This document shows positions 19,476-28,646 of a stretch of 64,000 bases of DNA, piece by piece (position 1 is the stretch's first letter; each line of letters begins with the position of its first letter). The translations under genes and the position numbers were made by a program. The notes under the pieces are model-generated. The model searched no databases. It was not told the DNA's origin and saw only the letters and a list, made by a program, of their open reading frames with translations. Origin of the DNA: an uncultured Alphaproteobacteria bacterium (GTDB lineage: Bacteria; Pseudomonadota; Alphaproteobacteria; CAAHEQ01; UBA3637); the NCBI GenBank assembly GCA_949292205.1, contig CASEYR010000001.1:2721-66720 (forward strand). The letters run 5' to 3'.

Positions 19476-21377
19476 ATGATGATATTTTTTAATAAAGTAG
19501 GTAATAGCTGGGTTGCGAAAGGTATTTTTACCGCGTTGGCGCTTAGTATGGTTGCTTTTTGGGGAATTGGTGGATTGTCTAATACGACACGGTATTCGGA
19601 TGAAGCTGTTCGAGTTGGCGATAAGACTATATCTCCAAACCAGATATTGCAGACTTTTGAACAAGAGCGTCAAAAATTAAATGGATTGGCCGGAGGATAT
19701 ATTTCTCCCAAAAAAGCAGTTGAAATGGGATTGGCGGATCGTGTTGTTGAACAACAAATCAATGCCTTGATTAACGAGCAAGTGAAAGAATTATTAGGCT
19801 TGATAGCCTCAAATGCCGCGGTCCAAAAGTATGTTGAGAAAAATCCGGCTTTTGCAGACGCATTAGGACAATTCGATAAGAATTTATTCTATGCGTATTT
19901 GCGTCAAATGAAAATGAGCGAGTCGGAATTAGCCGAGAAACTTCAAAATGAGCTAGCAATGCAACATTTGGTGTATGCTGTTAAGAGTATAGCATATACT
20001 CCTGAAAAATCAGCGAAAATATTGTATAAATATCAGAATGAAAAACGGGATGTGTCGGCGTTATTGATTGAGTCGGACAAGATTCAATTAAAGGAAAAGC
20101 CGACAGAGGAAGAGTTGAAGGAGTATTTTGAAGCTTATTCGGATCAGTTTATTTCTCCGGAATATCGGACGTTTAACGTCGTTCGTTTAACACCGGAAAT
20201 GATGTTAGATCGAGTTCAAGTTTCTGATGAAGAAATCAATGCGGTTTATGATGAGCAGAAAAATCAGTACATGACTCCTGAAAAACGAGCTGTTAGTCAA
20301 ATGCGTTTTGAAACAGAAGAGGCAGCTCGTTCTGCTCTTCAAGGGTTAACAGCGGAAAATTTTGCTCGTACAGCGGTTGATAAATTGGGGCAGACTTCCG
20401 AGCAAACAGATTTTGGGTATATTGTTCGTGAAGAGCTATTAGAAGAGTTGGTGGAGCCTGTTTTTACAGCCTCTCGGAATCAAATCATTGGACCGGTTCA
20501 AAGTCCTTTAGGATGGCATGTGTTGTTAGTGCGGGATATTCAAGCGGCAAAGACTCTGCCTGAAAAAGAAATTCGCGCTAAAATTAAGACATCATTGGCT
20601 CAGGAAAAGACGTATGATACGATGTATGAAACCGTTAAACAAATTGAGGATATTTTAGGGGCAGGAGATTCCTTAGAACGAGTTTCACAGCAATTGAATT
20701 TACCGCTTTTGACGGTTGAACGCGTCGATGTATCCGGAACGTTGGCTGATGGTCAAAAAGTGTCTGAAGATTTGAATAATCAGGAAATGCTGCAAAGTAT
20801 ATTTACGATTCAAAAAGGAGATACGACACCTTTAATTGAGAATGGAACAGGATATTTGGTTGCTCAGCTGACGGAAGTTATTCCGGTTTCTCAAAAAGAG
20901 TTTAACACGGTTCGTCCGGAACTGGTTCGTTTGTGGACGCAAGAAAAACAGAAAGAGCAACAAAATCAAATAGCTGAACAGATATTAGAGCGGACTCAAA
21001 AAGGATCATCATTATCGGCACAAGGTGTTTTTGGTAATTTTAAGATTATCCAAGCCAAGAACATTGACCGCAATAACCTCCAAGACTTACCCGCTGAAGC
21101 AACGGATGACGTCTTTATGCAAAAGACGGGAGAAAAGAATGCAGCTATGATTCCGGTTACGGAAGGCATTTTAATTGCCGTTACGGATAGAGTTACTTAT
21201 CCGGAGTTGAATCAAGACTCAGCCGAATATCAGCAGGTAAAAGCCTCTTTAAAAGATAGTATCGGCAATGAATTGGTAAGCGATATTGTTTCCTCTTATG
21301 CGGATACATTTGGTGTTTCTGTTAATGAAGGAGAGATTAAAAAGGCCTTTTCTGTTTATTCATCAGAAGCTGAATAA
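19476..21377 (+). CDS. periplasmic chaperone / peptidyl-prolyl isomerase, PpiD-like (SurA-N plus parvulin-like domain)
   Basis: 633 aa. An N-terminal membrane anchor (GIFTALALSMVAFWGIGG) is followed by a long helical chaperone region and a parvulin-like segment (GPVQSPLGWHVLLVRD). Confidence 0.7.
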   Translation: MMIFFNKVGNSWVAKGIFTALALSMVAFWGIGGLSNTTRYSDEAVRVGDKTISPNQILQTFEQERQKLNGLAGGYISPKKAVEMGLADRVVEQQINALINEQVKELLGLIASNAAVQKYVEKNPAFADALGQFDKNLFYAYLRQMKMSESELAEKLQNELAMQHLVYAVKSIAYTPEKSAKILYKYQNEKRDVSALLIESDKIQLKEKPTEEELKEYFEAYSDQFISPEYRTFNVVRLTPEMMLDRVQVSDEEINAVYDEQKNQYMTPEKRAVSQMRFETEEAARSALQGLTAENFARTAVDKLGQTSEQTDFGYIVREELLEELVEPVFTASRNQIIGPVQSPLGWHVLLVRDIQAAKTLPEKEIRAKIKTSLAQEKTYDTMYETVKQIEDILGAGDSLERVSQQLNLPLLTVERVDVSGTLADGQKVSEDLNNQEMLQSIFTIQKGDTTPLIENGTGYLVAQLTEVIPVSQKEFNTVRPELVRLWTQEKQKEQQNQIAEQILERTQKGSSLSAQGVFGNFKIIQAKNIDRNNLQDLPAEATDDVFMQKTGEKNAAMIPVTEGILIAVTDRVTYPELNQDSAEYQQVKASLKDSIGNELVSDIVSSYADTFGVSVNEGEIKKAFSVYSSEAE

Positions 21378-21382
21378 AATTT

Positions 21383-21409
21383 TCCCCTCCTTTTGGAGGG
21401 GATTTTTTT
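21383..21409 (+). terminator. intrinsic terminator
   Basis: TCCCCTCC-TTTT-GGAGGGGA followed by T7. Confidence 0.75.
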
Positions 21410-21410
21410 C

Positions 21411-21439
21411 TTGAAAAAATATATTAAAATATGTATCAT
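21411..21439 (+). promoter_or_regulatory. sigma70-like promoter (TTGAAA-17-TATCAT, TG-extended) upstream of the OMP gene
   Basis: TTGAAA at 21411-21416, a 17-nt spacer ending in TG, then TATCAT at 21434-21439. Confidence 0.45.
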
Positions 21440-21469
21440 AAAGAAGTTAATGAGAGAAAGGATTTTGGA

Positions 21470-22036
21470 ATGAAAAAATGGATTTTTGCTATGGCAGCGT
21501 TGATGATGTCCTCATCTGTTTTTGCCAAGACAAATAATGGTCCCTATCTTGCTGTTCGATTTGCCGGAACGGGGTTAGAGGCAGAGTTGGATGGCATTGA
21601 TCATTCAAAAGAAAGCAATACGGTATTTACATATGGGGCGGCTTTTGGGGTTCGTGTAAAGGATATTCGTGCTGAATTGGATTGGGCAAGCTCTTCTCGG
21701 GCAGATTACGGGGAATATAGCTATTTACAACAACGTGTTATGTTGCAACTGTATTATGATATTCCGATCAGATCTATCATTCGTCCTTTCGTTAATGTTG
21801 GCGCCGGATTTGCTTATACAGATTTTGAAAAACGGCATCACTCATCTTCTTATAATGAAGACGGTTCATCATTTGCCTGGAATGCCGGTGCCGGTTTAAC
21901 ATTGGCTGTTAGTCGTGCTTTGAATGTTGATTTGGGGTATCGCTATGTTGATGCCGGCAAAAAGGAATTTTATGATTGGCCAAAGTTAAAAATGCAAGCT
22001 CACGAAGGATATCTGGGCTTTAGATATACATTTTAG
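21470..22036 (+). CDS. small outer-membrane beta-barrel protein (Omp25/OmpA-like 8-strand family)
   Basis: Signal peptide MKKWIFAMAALMMSSSVFA, alternating beta-strand pattern, and a C-terminal GYLGFRYTF ending in Phe (OMP beta-signal). Confidence 0.7.
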   Translation: MKKWIFAMAALMMSSSVFAKTNNGPYLAVRFAGTGLEAELDGIDHSKESNTVFTYGAAFGVRVKDIRAELDWASSSRADYGEYSYLQQRVMLQLYYDIPIRSIIRPFVNVGAGFAYTDFEKRHHSSSYNEDGSSFAWNAGAGLTLAVSRALNVDLGYRYVDAGKKEFYDWPKLKMQAHEGYLGFRYTF

Positions 22037-22057
22037 TTCAATCTATTCTCATTGTTA

Positions 22058-22086
22058 AAGAGGCTTGTTAGAAGCCTCTTTTTTTA
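22058..22086 (+). terminator. intrinsic terminator
   Basis: AAGAGGCTT-GTTAG-AAGCCTCTT followed by T-run. Confidence 0.7.
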
Positions 22087-22142
22087 TAGGGTTATTTTTG
22101 AATATGCAGCATTACATGAGTAATGTGATTTTTTGAATATTG

Positions 22143-22171
22143 TTGACAGAAATTATAAGATATGGTAGATT
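22143..22171 (+). promoter_or_regulatory. sigma70-like promoter (TTGACA-17-TAGATT)
   Basis: TTGACA at 22143-22148, a 17-nt spacer, then TAGATT at 22166-22171. Confidence 0.4.
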
Positions 22172-22198
22172 AAATAGAATGGCTATGGAGGAATGAAT

Positions 22199-22561
22199 AT
22201 GCTAGAGAATCAGAGTAAAAAAAGGAAACTTTCCGGTTTTATATTAAAGTTTTTAGTTACGGGAGCGCTGCTTTCAGCTTTTTTAGGTGGAGTAGAAATA
22301 ATCCTTGGTCGTTCATTTGATACACAAAGTCTTTTGGATGAGCATGATAAAATTAATAACTTAAGAGATTTATTAAATAATAATCAGATGTTGACTCAAA
22401 CACAACGTCGGTTTTATCAGAAGTCACTGGATAGTATGGTTGAATCTCATATAACTTATCAGAAAGTGCCATTTCAAGGTCTGTTTTACAAATATTTTCC
22501 ATATACGCCAAAGTGTCCTCTTTGTGTGCAATTACGTTCAAATAATCAGAAAGAACGTTAG
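22199..22561 (+). CDS. hypothetical membrane-anchored protein
   Basis: GGAGGA lies 6 nt before ATG 22199. There is one predicted TM helix (FILKFLVTGALLSAFLGGVEIIL) and no recognisable domain. Confidence 0.45.
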   Translation: MLENQSKKRKLSGFILKFLVTGALLSAFLGGVEIILGRSFDTQSLLDEHDKINNLRDLLNNNQMLTQTQRRFYQKSLDSMVESHITYQKVPFQGLFYKYFPYTPKCPLCVQLRSNNQKER

Positions 22562-22605
22562 TAATGGTTTGTACTCAATACAATATGTGATATATGGGTG
22601 TGATA

Positions 22606-22646
22606 TAAAAAAACATCTCTCCGTTTGTTTCGGAGAGATGTTTTTA
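22606..22646. terminator. bidirectional intrinsic terminator between convergent genes
   Basis: A 12-bp stem, AACATCTCTCCG/CGGAGAGATGTT, flanked by an A-run and a T-run. Confidence 0.75.
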
Positions 22647-22661
22647 TTTCCTTGGGTCGTA

Positions 22662-25322
22662 TTAAGCCTTCTTCGCTTTAACGGCAGCCTGAGCTGCAGC
22701 CAAACGAGCGATAGGAACACGATACGGAGAACATGAAACACCGTCCAGATATTGATTCAAGTATTCAATAGAGGCCGGATCACCACCATGTTCACCACAA
22801 ATGCTGAGGTATAAACCAGCTTTTGTTGCACGACCGGACTTACAAGCCATAGCAATCAACTTGCCAACACCGTTTTGATCCAAAGATTGGAACGGATCGG
22901 CAGAATAGATGCCTTTTGTAACGAAAGTCGGCAAGAAACTACCGGCATCATCACGGCTCATACCCAAAGTTGTTTGAGTCAAGTCATTTGTTCCGAATTC
23001 AAAGAAATCAGCAACTTCGGCGATTTCGTCGGCCAAGATGGCAGCACGAGGCAATTCAATCATTGTACCAACGAAGTATTCAACTTTAGCACCTTTTTCA
23101 GCAAAGACTTTTTCAGCCGTTGTATCAATAATGTGCTTGCAGATTTCCAATTCTTTCTTAGAAGTAATCAAAGGAACTTCGATTTCCGGAATGACTTTGA
23201 TACCCTTTGAAGCGACTTCTAAAGCAGCTTCAATGATAGCCTGCGTTTGCATTTCACAAATTTCCGGATAAACGATAGCCAAACGGCAACCACGCAGACC
23301 CAACATCGGGTTAGCTTCGTGTAATTGAGCCGTCCGAGCAATAATCTCATCAACAGAAATGCCCATTTCTTTTGCGATTTCTTCTTGTTCTGAACGTTTG
23401 TTCGGCAAGAATTCATGCAAAGGAGGATCTAACAGACGAATCGTAACAGGCAGACCATCCATAATTGTGAATAAGTCAACAAAGTCCTGACGTTGATAAG
23501 GCAACAATTTAGCCAAAGCTTTACGACGATCGGCTTCATTGTTAGCCAAAATCATTTCACGCATGTGGTTAATCCGAGACGGATCAAAGAACATGTGTTC
23601 TGTCCGGCACAAACCGATACCTTCGGCACCAAACAATTTAGCTGTTTTAGCATCTGTCGGTGTTTCGGCATTAGCACGGACACGCAGTTTACGAATGCTG
23701 TCAACCCAGCCCATAAACTCACCGAAATCGCCAGCCATTTCAGGAACGACTAATTTCAAAGCGCCGGCCATAACTTGACCTGTTGTTCCGTCGATAGAGA
23801 TCATATCACCGGCTTTCAAGGTAACACCATCAACAGTTAATGTTTGAGCAGTGTAATCGATTCGCAAGTTAGGAACACCGGAAACACAGGGTTTACCCAT
23901 ACCACGAGCAACAACGGCAGCGTGTGAAGTCATACCACCGCGAGCGGTCAAGATGCCTTGAGAAACATGCATACCGGCAATATCTTCCGGAGATGTTTCA
24001 ACACGAACCAAAACGACCTTACGTCCTTCGCCGGCAGCTTTTTCAGCATCTTCAGCCGAGAAAACGATTTCACCGACAGCAGCTCCCGGAGAAGCAGGTA
24101 AGCCAGTTGCGATAACGTCTTTTTTCTCATTCTTATCAAACATCGGGTGCAACAATTGATCCAATTGAGCAGCTTCAACACGCAAAATAGCTGTTTCTTT
24201 GTCGATTAAGCCTTCACGCACCATATCAACAGCGATTTTCAAAGCAGCTGTTCCCGTCCGTTTTCCGTTACGTGTCTGCAACATCCACAATTTACCGTCT
24301 TGGATTGTGAATTCCATATCCTGCATGTCTTTATAGTGAGCTTCTAATTTAGCCCGAATATCAGACAATTCTTTGAACAGAGCGGGGAATTCTTCTTCCA
24401 TACACGGTAATTCAATACCACGGCGTTCTTTGACTAATTTTGTCATTGGTTGCGGTGTCCGAATACCGGCCACAACGTCCTCACCTTGAGCATTCTTCAA
24501 GTATTCACCGTAGAAGTAGTTTTCACCGGTTGCCGGGTCACGAGAGAAGCAAACACCGGTTGCCGAGTTATCGCCCGAGTTACCGAAGACCATTGTTTGA
24601 ACGTTAACAGCAGTACCCCAGTCACCAGGAATATTGTTGAGCTTACGATAGTAGATAGCACGATCAACCATCCAAGAACCAAAGACGGCACCGATACCGC
24701 CCCACAATTGATCGATTGGATTTTGAGGTAACGGATGACCATCATCTTCACAGATTTTCTTGAATTGTTCAACAACATCTTTCAATTGTTCAACAGTCAT
24801 CTGGTTGTCGAATTGATATCCGTTTGTTTCACGAACTTGATCCAGAACATGTTCAAATTTGTGAGAGTCAACACCCATCACAACATCACCGTACATTTGG
24901 ATGAAACGACGATAGCTGTCATAAGCAAACTTTTCATTTCCGGAAATTTTAGCCAAGCCTTTTACTGTTTCATCGTTTAAACCTAAGTTCAAAACCGTAT
25001 CCATCATACCGGGCATGGAAACACGAGCACCGGAACGAACGGAGAACAGCAACGGATTTTCGGCATCACCAAACTTCTTACCCATTTTGGCTTCGATTGC
25101 GGATAAAGCAGCCATAACCTGATCTTTTAAATCAGCAGGATATGAATGATTGTTTTCATAATAATACGTACAAACTTCTGTCGTAATCGTGAAACCCGGT
25201 GGAACAGGCACACCGACACGGCTCATTTCGGCCAAGTTAGCACCCTTACCACCCAACAGATTACGCATGCTGGCGTCGCCTTCTGCGGCTCCGTCACCAA
25301 AAGTATAAACCCATTTTGTCAT
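22662..25322 (-). CDS. ppdK: pyruvate, phosphate dikinase
   Basis: 886 aa from MTKWVYTFGDG. It has GGKGANLAEM, the phospho-His region GGMTSHAAVVARG, and a C-terminal PEP-utilising TIM domain (GLCRTEHMF, SCSPYRVP). Confidence 0.95.
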   Translation of the reverse strand: MTKWVYTFGDGAAEGDASMRNLLGGKGANLAEMSRVGVPVPPGFTITTEVCTYYYENNHSYPADLKDQVMAALSAIEAKMGKKFGDAENPLLFSVRSGARVSMPGMMDTVLNLGLNDETVKGLAKISGNEKFAYDSYRRFIQMYGDVVMGVDSHKFEHVLDQVRETNGYQFDNQMTVEQLKDVVEQFKKICEDDGHPLPQNPIDQLWGGIGAVFGSWMVDRAIYYRKLNNIPGDWGTAVNVQTMVFGNSGDNSATGVCFSRDPATGENYFYGEYLKNAQGEDVVAGIRTPQPMTKLVKERRGIELPCMEEEFPALFKELSDIRAKLEAHYKDMQDMEFTIQDGKLWMLQTRNGKRTGTAALKIAVDMVREGLIDKETAILRVEAAQLDQLLHPMFDKNEKKDVIATGLPASPGAAVGEIVFSAEDAEKAAGEGRKVVLVRVETSPEDIAGMHVSQGILTARGGMTSHAAVVARGMGKPCVSGVPNLRIDYTAQTLTVDGVTLKAGDMISIDGTTGQVMAGALKLVVPEMAGDFGEFMGWVDSIRKLRVRANAETPTDAKTAKLFGAEGIGLCRTEHMFFDPSRINHMREMILANNEADRRKALAKLLPYQRQDFVDLFTIMDGLPVTIRLLDPPLHEFLPNKRSEQEEIAKEMGISVDEIIARTAQLHEANPMLGLRGCRLAIVYPEICEMQTQAIIEAALEVASKGIKVIPEIEVPLITSKKELEICKHIIDTTAEKVFAEKGAKVEYFVGTMIELPRAAILADEIAEVADFFEFGTNDLTQTTLGMSRDDAGSFLPTFVTKGIYSADPFQSLDQNGVGKLIAMACKSGRATKAGLYLSICGEHGGDPASIEYLNQYLDGVSCSPYRVPIARLAAAQAAVKAKKA

Positions 25323-25354
25323 TAGTAGTTCCTTTATTTTTTTCTCTAAGTTAA

Positions 25355-25377
25355 TAAAAACCACAGGTCATTTGTGG
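25355..25377 (-). terminator. weak hairpin plus U-run downstream of the 25460 ORF, inside the ppdK upstream region
   Basis: On the minus strand, CCACA-AATGACC-TGTGG is followed by TTTTTATT. Confidence 0.35.
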
Positions 25378-25459
25378 AAAATGACTTTTTTTACTCAAAA
25401 TCTGTATCACTTTTTCAAAATGATTGCAAGTATTTTTTTTGGTGTTTTTTTATAAAATA

Positions 25460-25966
25460 CTATTGAAAGATATATCCATTAAAGCGAATTTTTGTCAGAT
25501 AGAGTGTTGTCGCCTCTTTTTTTATGATATTTCTCCCATTTTTTAGCTCAACCTTTCCCTGGTTAGTTGCTTGAGTGCTAGATTTTTCAGAAGATGCGCT
25601 TACATTTTTCAATTCTGTTGTATATCCTTCAAATTCGGCAATGTCCCCCTTTTTTAGAAGAGAGAGGGCAGCTTCTACTTTTCTGTTAGAGGGAATTATG
25701 ATATAATTTTCAAATTCGTCAGCATTAAAAGGACCGTGCCATTGTCCTGTCACTTGAGCGGAAAAGTATCTATAATCTGACTTAATTTCCATAAGCTTTA
25801 AATTATCTTTATTGGCTGCAACTCCGCAAGCAAGTGCCACATCAAAAGGGGCTATTTTGTCATATAAAGCATTTCCGCGACTACCCCTGGCATAGGTTCC
25901 CCAAAATCCATATTTCTGAATATTTAGGACGGTAGCGGTTACATTTATTTTTTGTTTAAAAATCAT
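25460..25966 (-). CDS. hypothetical protein, possibly the 3' remnant of a disrupted gene (see findings)
   Basis: 168-aa ORF with no recognisable domain. The upstream sequence carries an in-frame stop and a frameshift relative to a TM-helix-encoding mini-ORF. Confidence 0.45.
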   Translation of the reverse strand: MIFKQKINVTATVLNIQKYGFWGTYARGSRGNALYDKIAPFDVALACGVAANKDNLKLMEIKSDYRYFSAQVTGQWHGPFNADEFENYIIIPSNRKVEAALSLLKKGDIAEFEGYTTELKNVSASSEKSSTQATNQGKVELKNGRNIIKKEATTLYLTKIRFNGYIFQ

Positions 25967-26346
25967 TTGGACATCAACATTAATTCCTCGGATAACAGAA
26001 GATTGTATCGGTGTCTTTTTTTTCCAAATTTTGTCGATCTATTAGAGAGGAAATCTCAAGTTTGTCAAAATCCGGCGTTCCGTAAATTCGACGTATAAAA
26101 GGAGAACGAATTACAAAAAACTAAAGTAATAGTAAAACGACAATAACGCCGATCGCTAATTCTATCGCTTGAATCAGTAAAAAGCGATGACTTCTGACAT
26201 AATCAATATTTTCTAATTCTTTTTCAAACATACCCTATATTAAAAAAGTTTTTTAAAAAATTGCAAGAAAAATATTTTTTTACTTTTCTTTTGCTGAAAA
26301 ACAATGCTATAAGAAGACAGAAACAAAAAGTGATTAGGGGAGAATT

Positions 26347-28635
26347 ATGAGCTCAATTTTAGAAAGTAATCAAGTAGAAGCTTTAGTAAATGGTTCTTTT
26401 TACGGAGATCCGTTTTCGGTTCTTGGTATGCATCAAGGACAAGATATAGAAGGAAATAATGTTTTGTTTATCAGGACGATTCAACCGCAGGCAACTGATG
26501 TTGAAGTTATACGTCGAGACAATGGTCTTTCTATCGGTCAGATGAAATGTATTCATCAAGGCGGATTATTCCAATTGGATATTTCAAACGAGATTGCTTT
26601 TTTTGATTATTTCTTTAGGATAAGATTATCAAACGGAAGTGTCTATGAATCTGAAGATGTCTACCGTTTTCTTCCTGTTTTAGGTGAGCTAGATTTATAT
26701 TTATACGGAGAAGGAAAACATCTTTGTATTTATGACAAGTTAGGAAGTCATCTGATAACCCATCAAGGCATTCAAGGCGTTTCTTTTGCAGTTTGGGCGC
26801 CTAATGCCAAGCGAGTCAGTGTTGTTGGTTCCTTTAACGGATGGGATGGACGACGTCATATGATGCGTCCACGAGGTAGTTCCGGTATTTGGGAGCTGTT
26901 TATTCCCGGATTGCAAGAGTGGGATATTTATAAATATGAATTGATAGGGGCACAAGGCAGACTGATGCCACTTAAATCAGATCCGTTCGGATTTGCTTTT
27001 GAAATGAGACCTAAGACAGGAACACTTGTTTTTGATAGAAGTAGGTATCACTGGCAAGACGATGATTGGTTGGCAGGTGGTCGTGCTCAATCAAATGATT
27101 TGAATCGTCCTATTTCTGTTTACGAAGTACACTTGGGTTCATGGCGTCGTCATGCTTTGGAAGGAAATAGATGGCTAACCTACCGTGAAATGGCGAAAGA
27201 ACTACCGGCATATTTGAAAGAGATGGGATTTACTCATGTCGAGTTTTTACCTCTTGCAGAGTATCCGTTTGATGGATCTTGGGGGTATCAAGTAACTGGT
27301 ATGTATGCACCGACAAGTCGTTACGGAACGCCGGATGATTTTAAATATTTAGTTGATACGCTTCACCGTTCGGGTATTGGCGTCATTATGGATTGGGTGC
27401 CGGCTCATTTTCCGCGAGATGCGTTCGGATTGGCAGAGTTTGATGGAACGGCACTGTATGAACACGCCGATCCTAAAAAGGGAGAACATAAAGATTGGGG
27501 AACAAAGATATATAACTATGGTCGGAACGAGGTTTCCAACTTTTTAATTGCGAATGCTTTATTTTGGATAAAAGAATACCATATAGACGCATTGCGCGTT
27601 GATGCGGTGGCCAGTATGTTGTATTTGGATTATTCTCGTAAAGAGGGAGAATGGATTCCGAATCAATACGGAGGTCGAGAAAATCTGGAAGCGATTGCCT
27701 TTTTGCGTCGTTTGAATGAAGTTGTTTTTGCCGAAGGGAAAGGGGCAACAACTTTTGCCGAAGAGTCAACGGCATGGCCAATGGTTTCTCGTCCGACATA
27801 CGTCGGAGGATTGGGATTTGGATACAAATGGAACATGGGCTGGATGCATGATACAATGCATTATATGTCCGAAAATCCGATTTATCGTAAGTATCATCAT
27901 AACGAATTAACGTTTAGTTTATTATATGCCTTTTCCGAGAACTTTATTTTGCCTTTATCACACGATGAAGTTGTTCATGGTAAAGGTCCAATGATTGATA
28001 AAATGCCGGGGGATGAGTGGCAAAAATTTGCAAACTTAAGGTTATATTATAGCTATTTGTTTATGCACCCCGGTAAAAAGTTGCTATTTATGGGGAATGA
28101 ATTGGCGGTTCGTAGTGAGTGGCGTTACGGCGATAGTCTGGATTGGGACTTATTAAAGCAAAAGAAGCACCAAGGTGTTCAAAAATTGATAGCGGATTTA
28201 AATGCATTATATCGTCAAACGCCGGCATTATATGAAGTTGATTTTGAATCCAGTGGATTTGAATGGGTTGATGGAAATGATTTTGAAAACTCTTGTTTTA
28301 CATTTATACGTCACGGTCGGAAACAAGATGAAACAATCGTTGTAGCTTGTAATTTTACGCCTGTCCCACGTTATAATTATCGGGTCGGGGTCAATGAGTC
28401 AGGAGTTTATCGTGAAATTTTTAACTCCGATGCTACGTGTTATGGAGGTTCCGGAGTATCTAATGAGGGAGATATCCAAACAGAAGAACCCGGTTGGAAT
28501 TTTAAACCTTATGCACTTCAAGTTGTTTTACCCCCTCTTTCAGTTGTGTGCTTTAAGTTAATTCAACCGAGTTTCTCCAGAGAAAGAATAGGATTTTCGG
28601 AAAAAGGAGAATCTGGAGATGGCTCAAGTCAATAG
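26347..28635 (+). CDS. glgB: 1,4-alpha-glucan branching enzyme (GH13)
   Basis: 762 aa with the CBM48 region, DWVPAHF, LRVDAVASMLY, EESTAWP and SHDEVVHGK, the conserved GH13 regions. Confidence 0.95.
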   Translation: MSSILESNQVEALVNGSFYGDPFSVLGMHQGQDIEGNNVLFIRTIQPQATDVEVIRRDNGLSIGQMKCIHQGGLFQLDISNEIAFFDYFFRIRLSNGSVYESEDVYRFLPVLGELDLYLYGEGKHLCIYDKLGSHLITHQGIQGVSFAVWAPNAKRVSVVGSFNGWDGRRHMMRPRGSSGIWELFIPGLQEWDIYKYELIGAQGRLMPLKSDPFGFAFEMRPKTGTLVFDRSRYHWQDDDWLAGGRAQSNDLNRPISVYEVHLGSWRRHALEGNRWLTYREMAKELPAYLKEMGFTHVEFLPLAEYPFDGSWGYQVTGMYAPTSRYGTPDDFKYLVDTLHRSGIGVIMDWVPAHFPRDAFGLAEFDGTALYEHADPKKGEHKDWGTKIYNYGRNEVSNFLIANALFWIKEYHIDALRVDAVASMLYLDYSRKEGEWIPNQYGGRENLEAIAFLRRLNEVVFAEGKGATTFAEESTAWPMVSRPTYVGGLGFGYKWNMGWMHDTMHYMSENPIYRKYHHNELTFSLLYAFSENFILPLSHDEVVHGKGPMIDKMPGDEWQKFANLRLYYSYLFMHPGKKLLFMGNELAVRSEWRYGDSLDWDLLKQKKHQGVQKLIADLNALYRQTPALYEVDFESSGFEWVDGNDFENSCFTFIRHGRKQDETIVVACNFTPVPRYNYRVGVNESGVYREIFNSDATCYGGSGVSNEGDIQTEEPGWNFKPYALQVVLPPLSVVCFKLIQPSFSRERIGFSEKGESGDGSSQ

Positions 28636-28646
28636 GGGGATAACAA

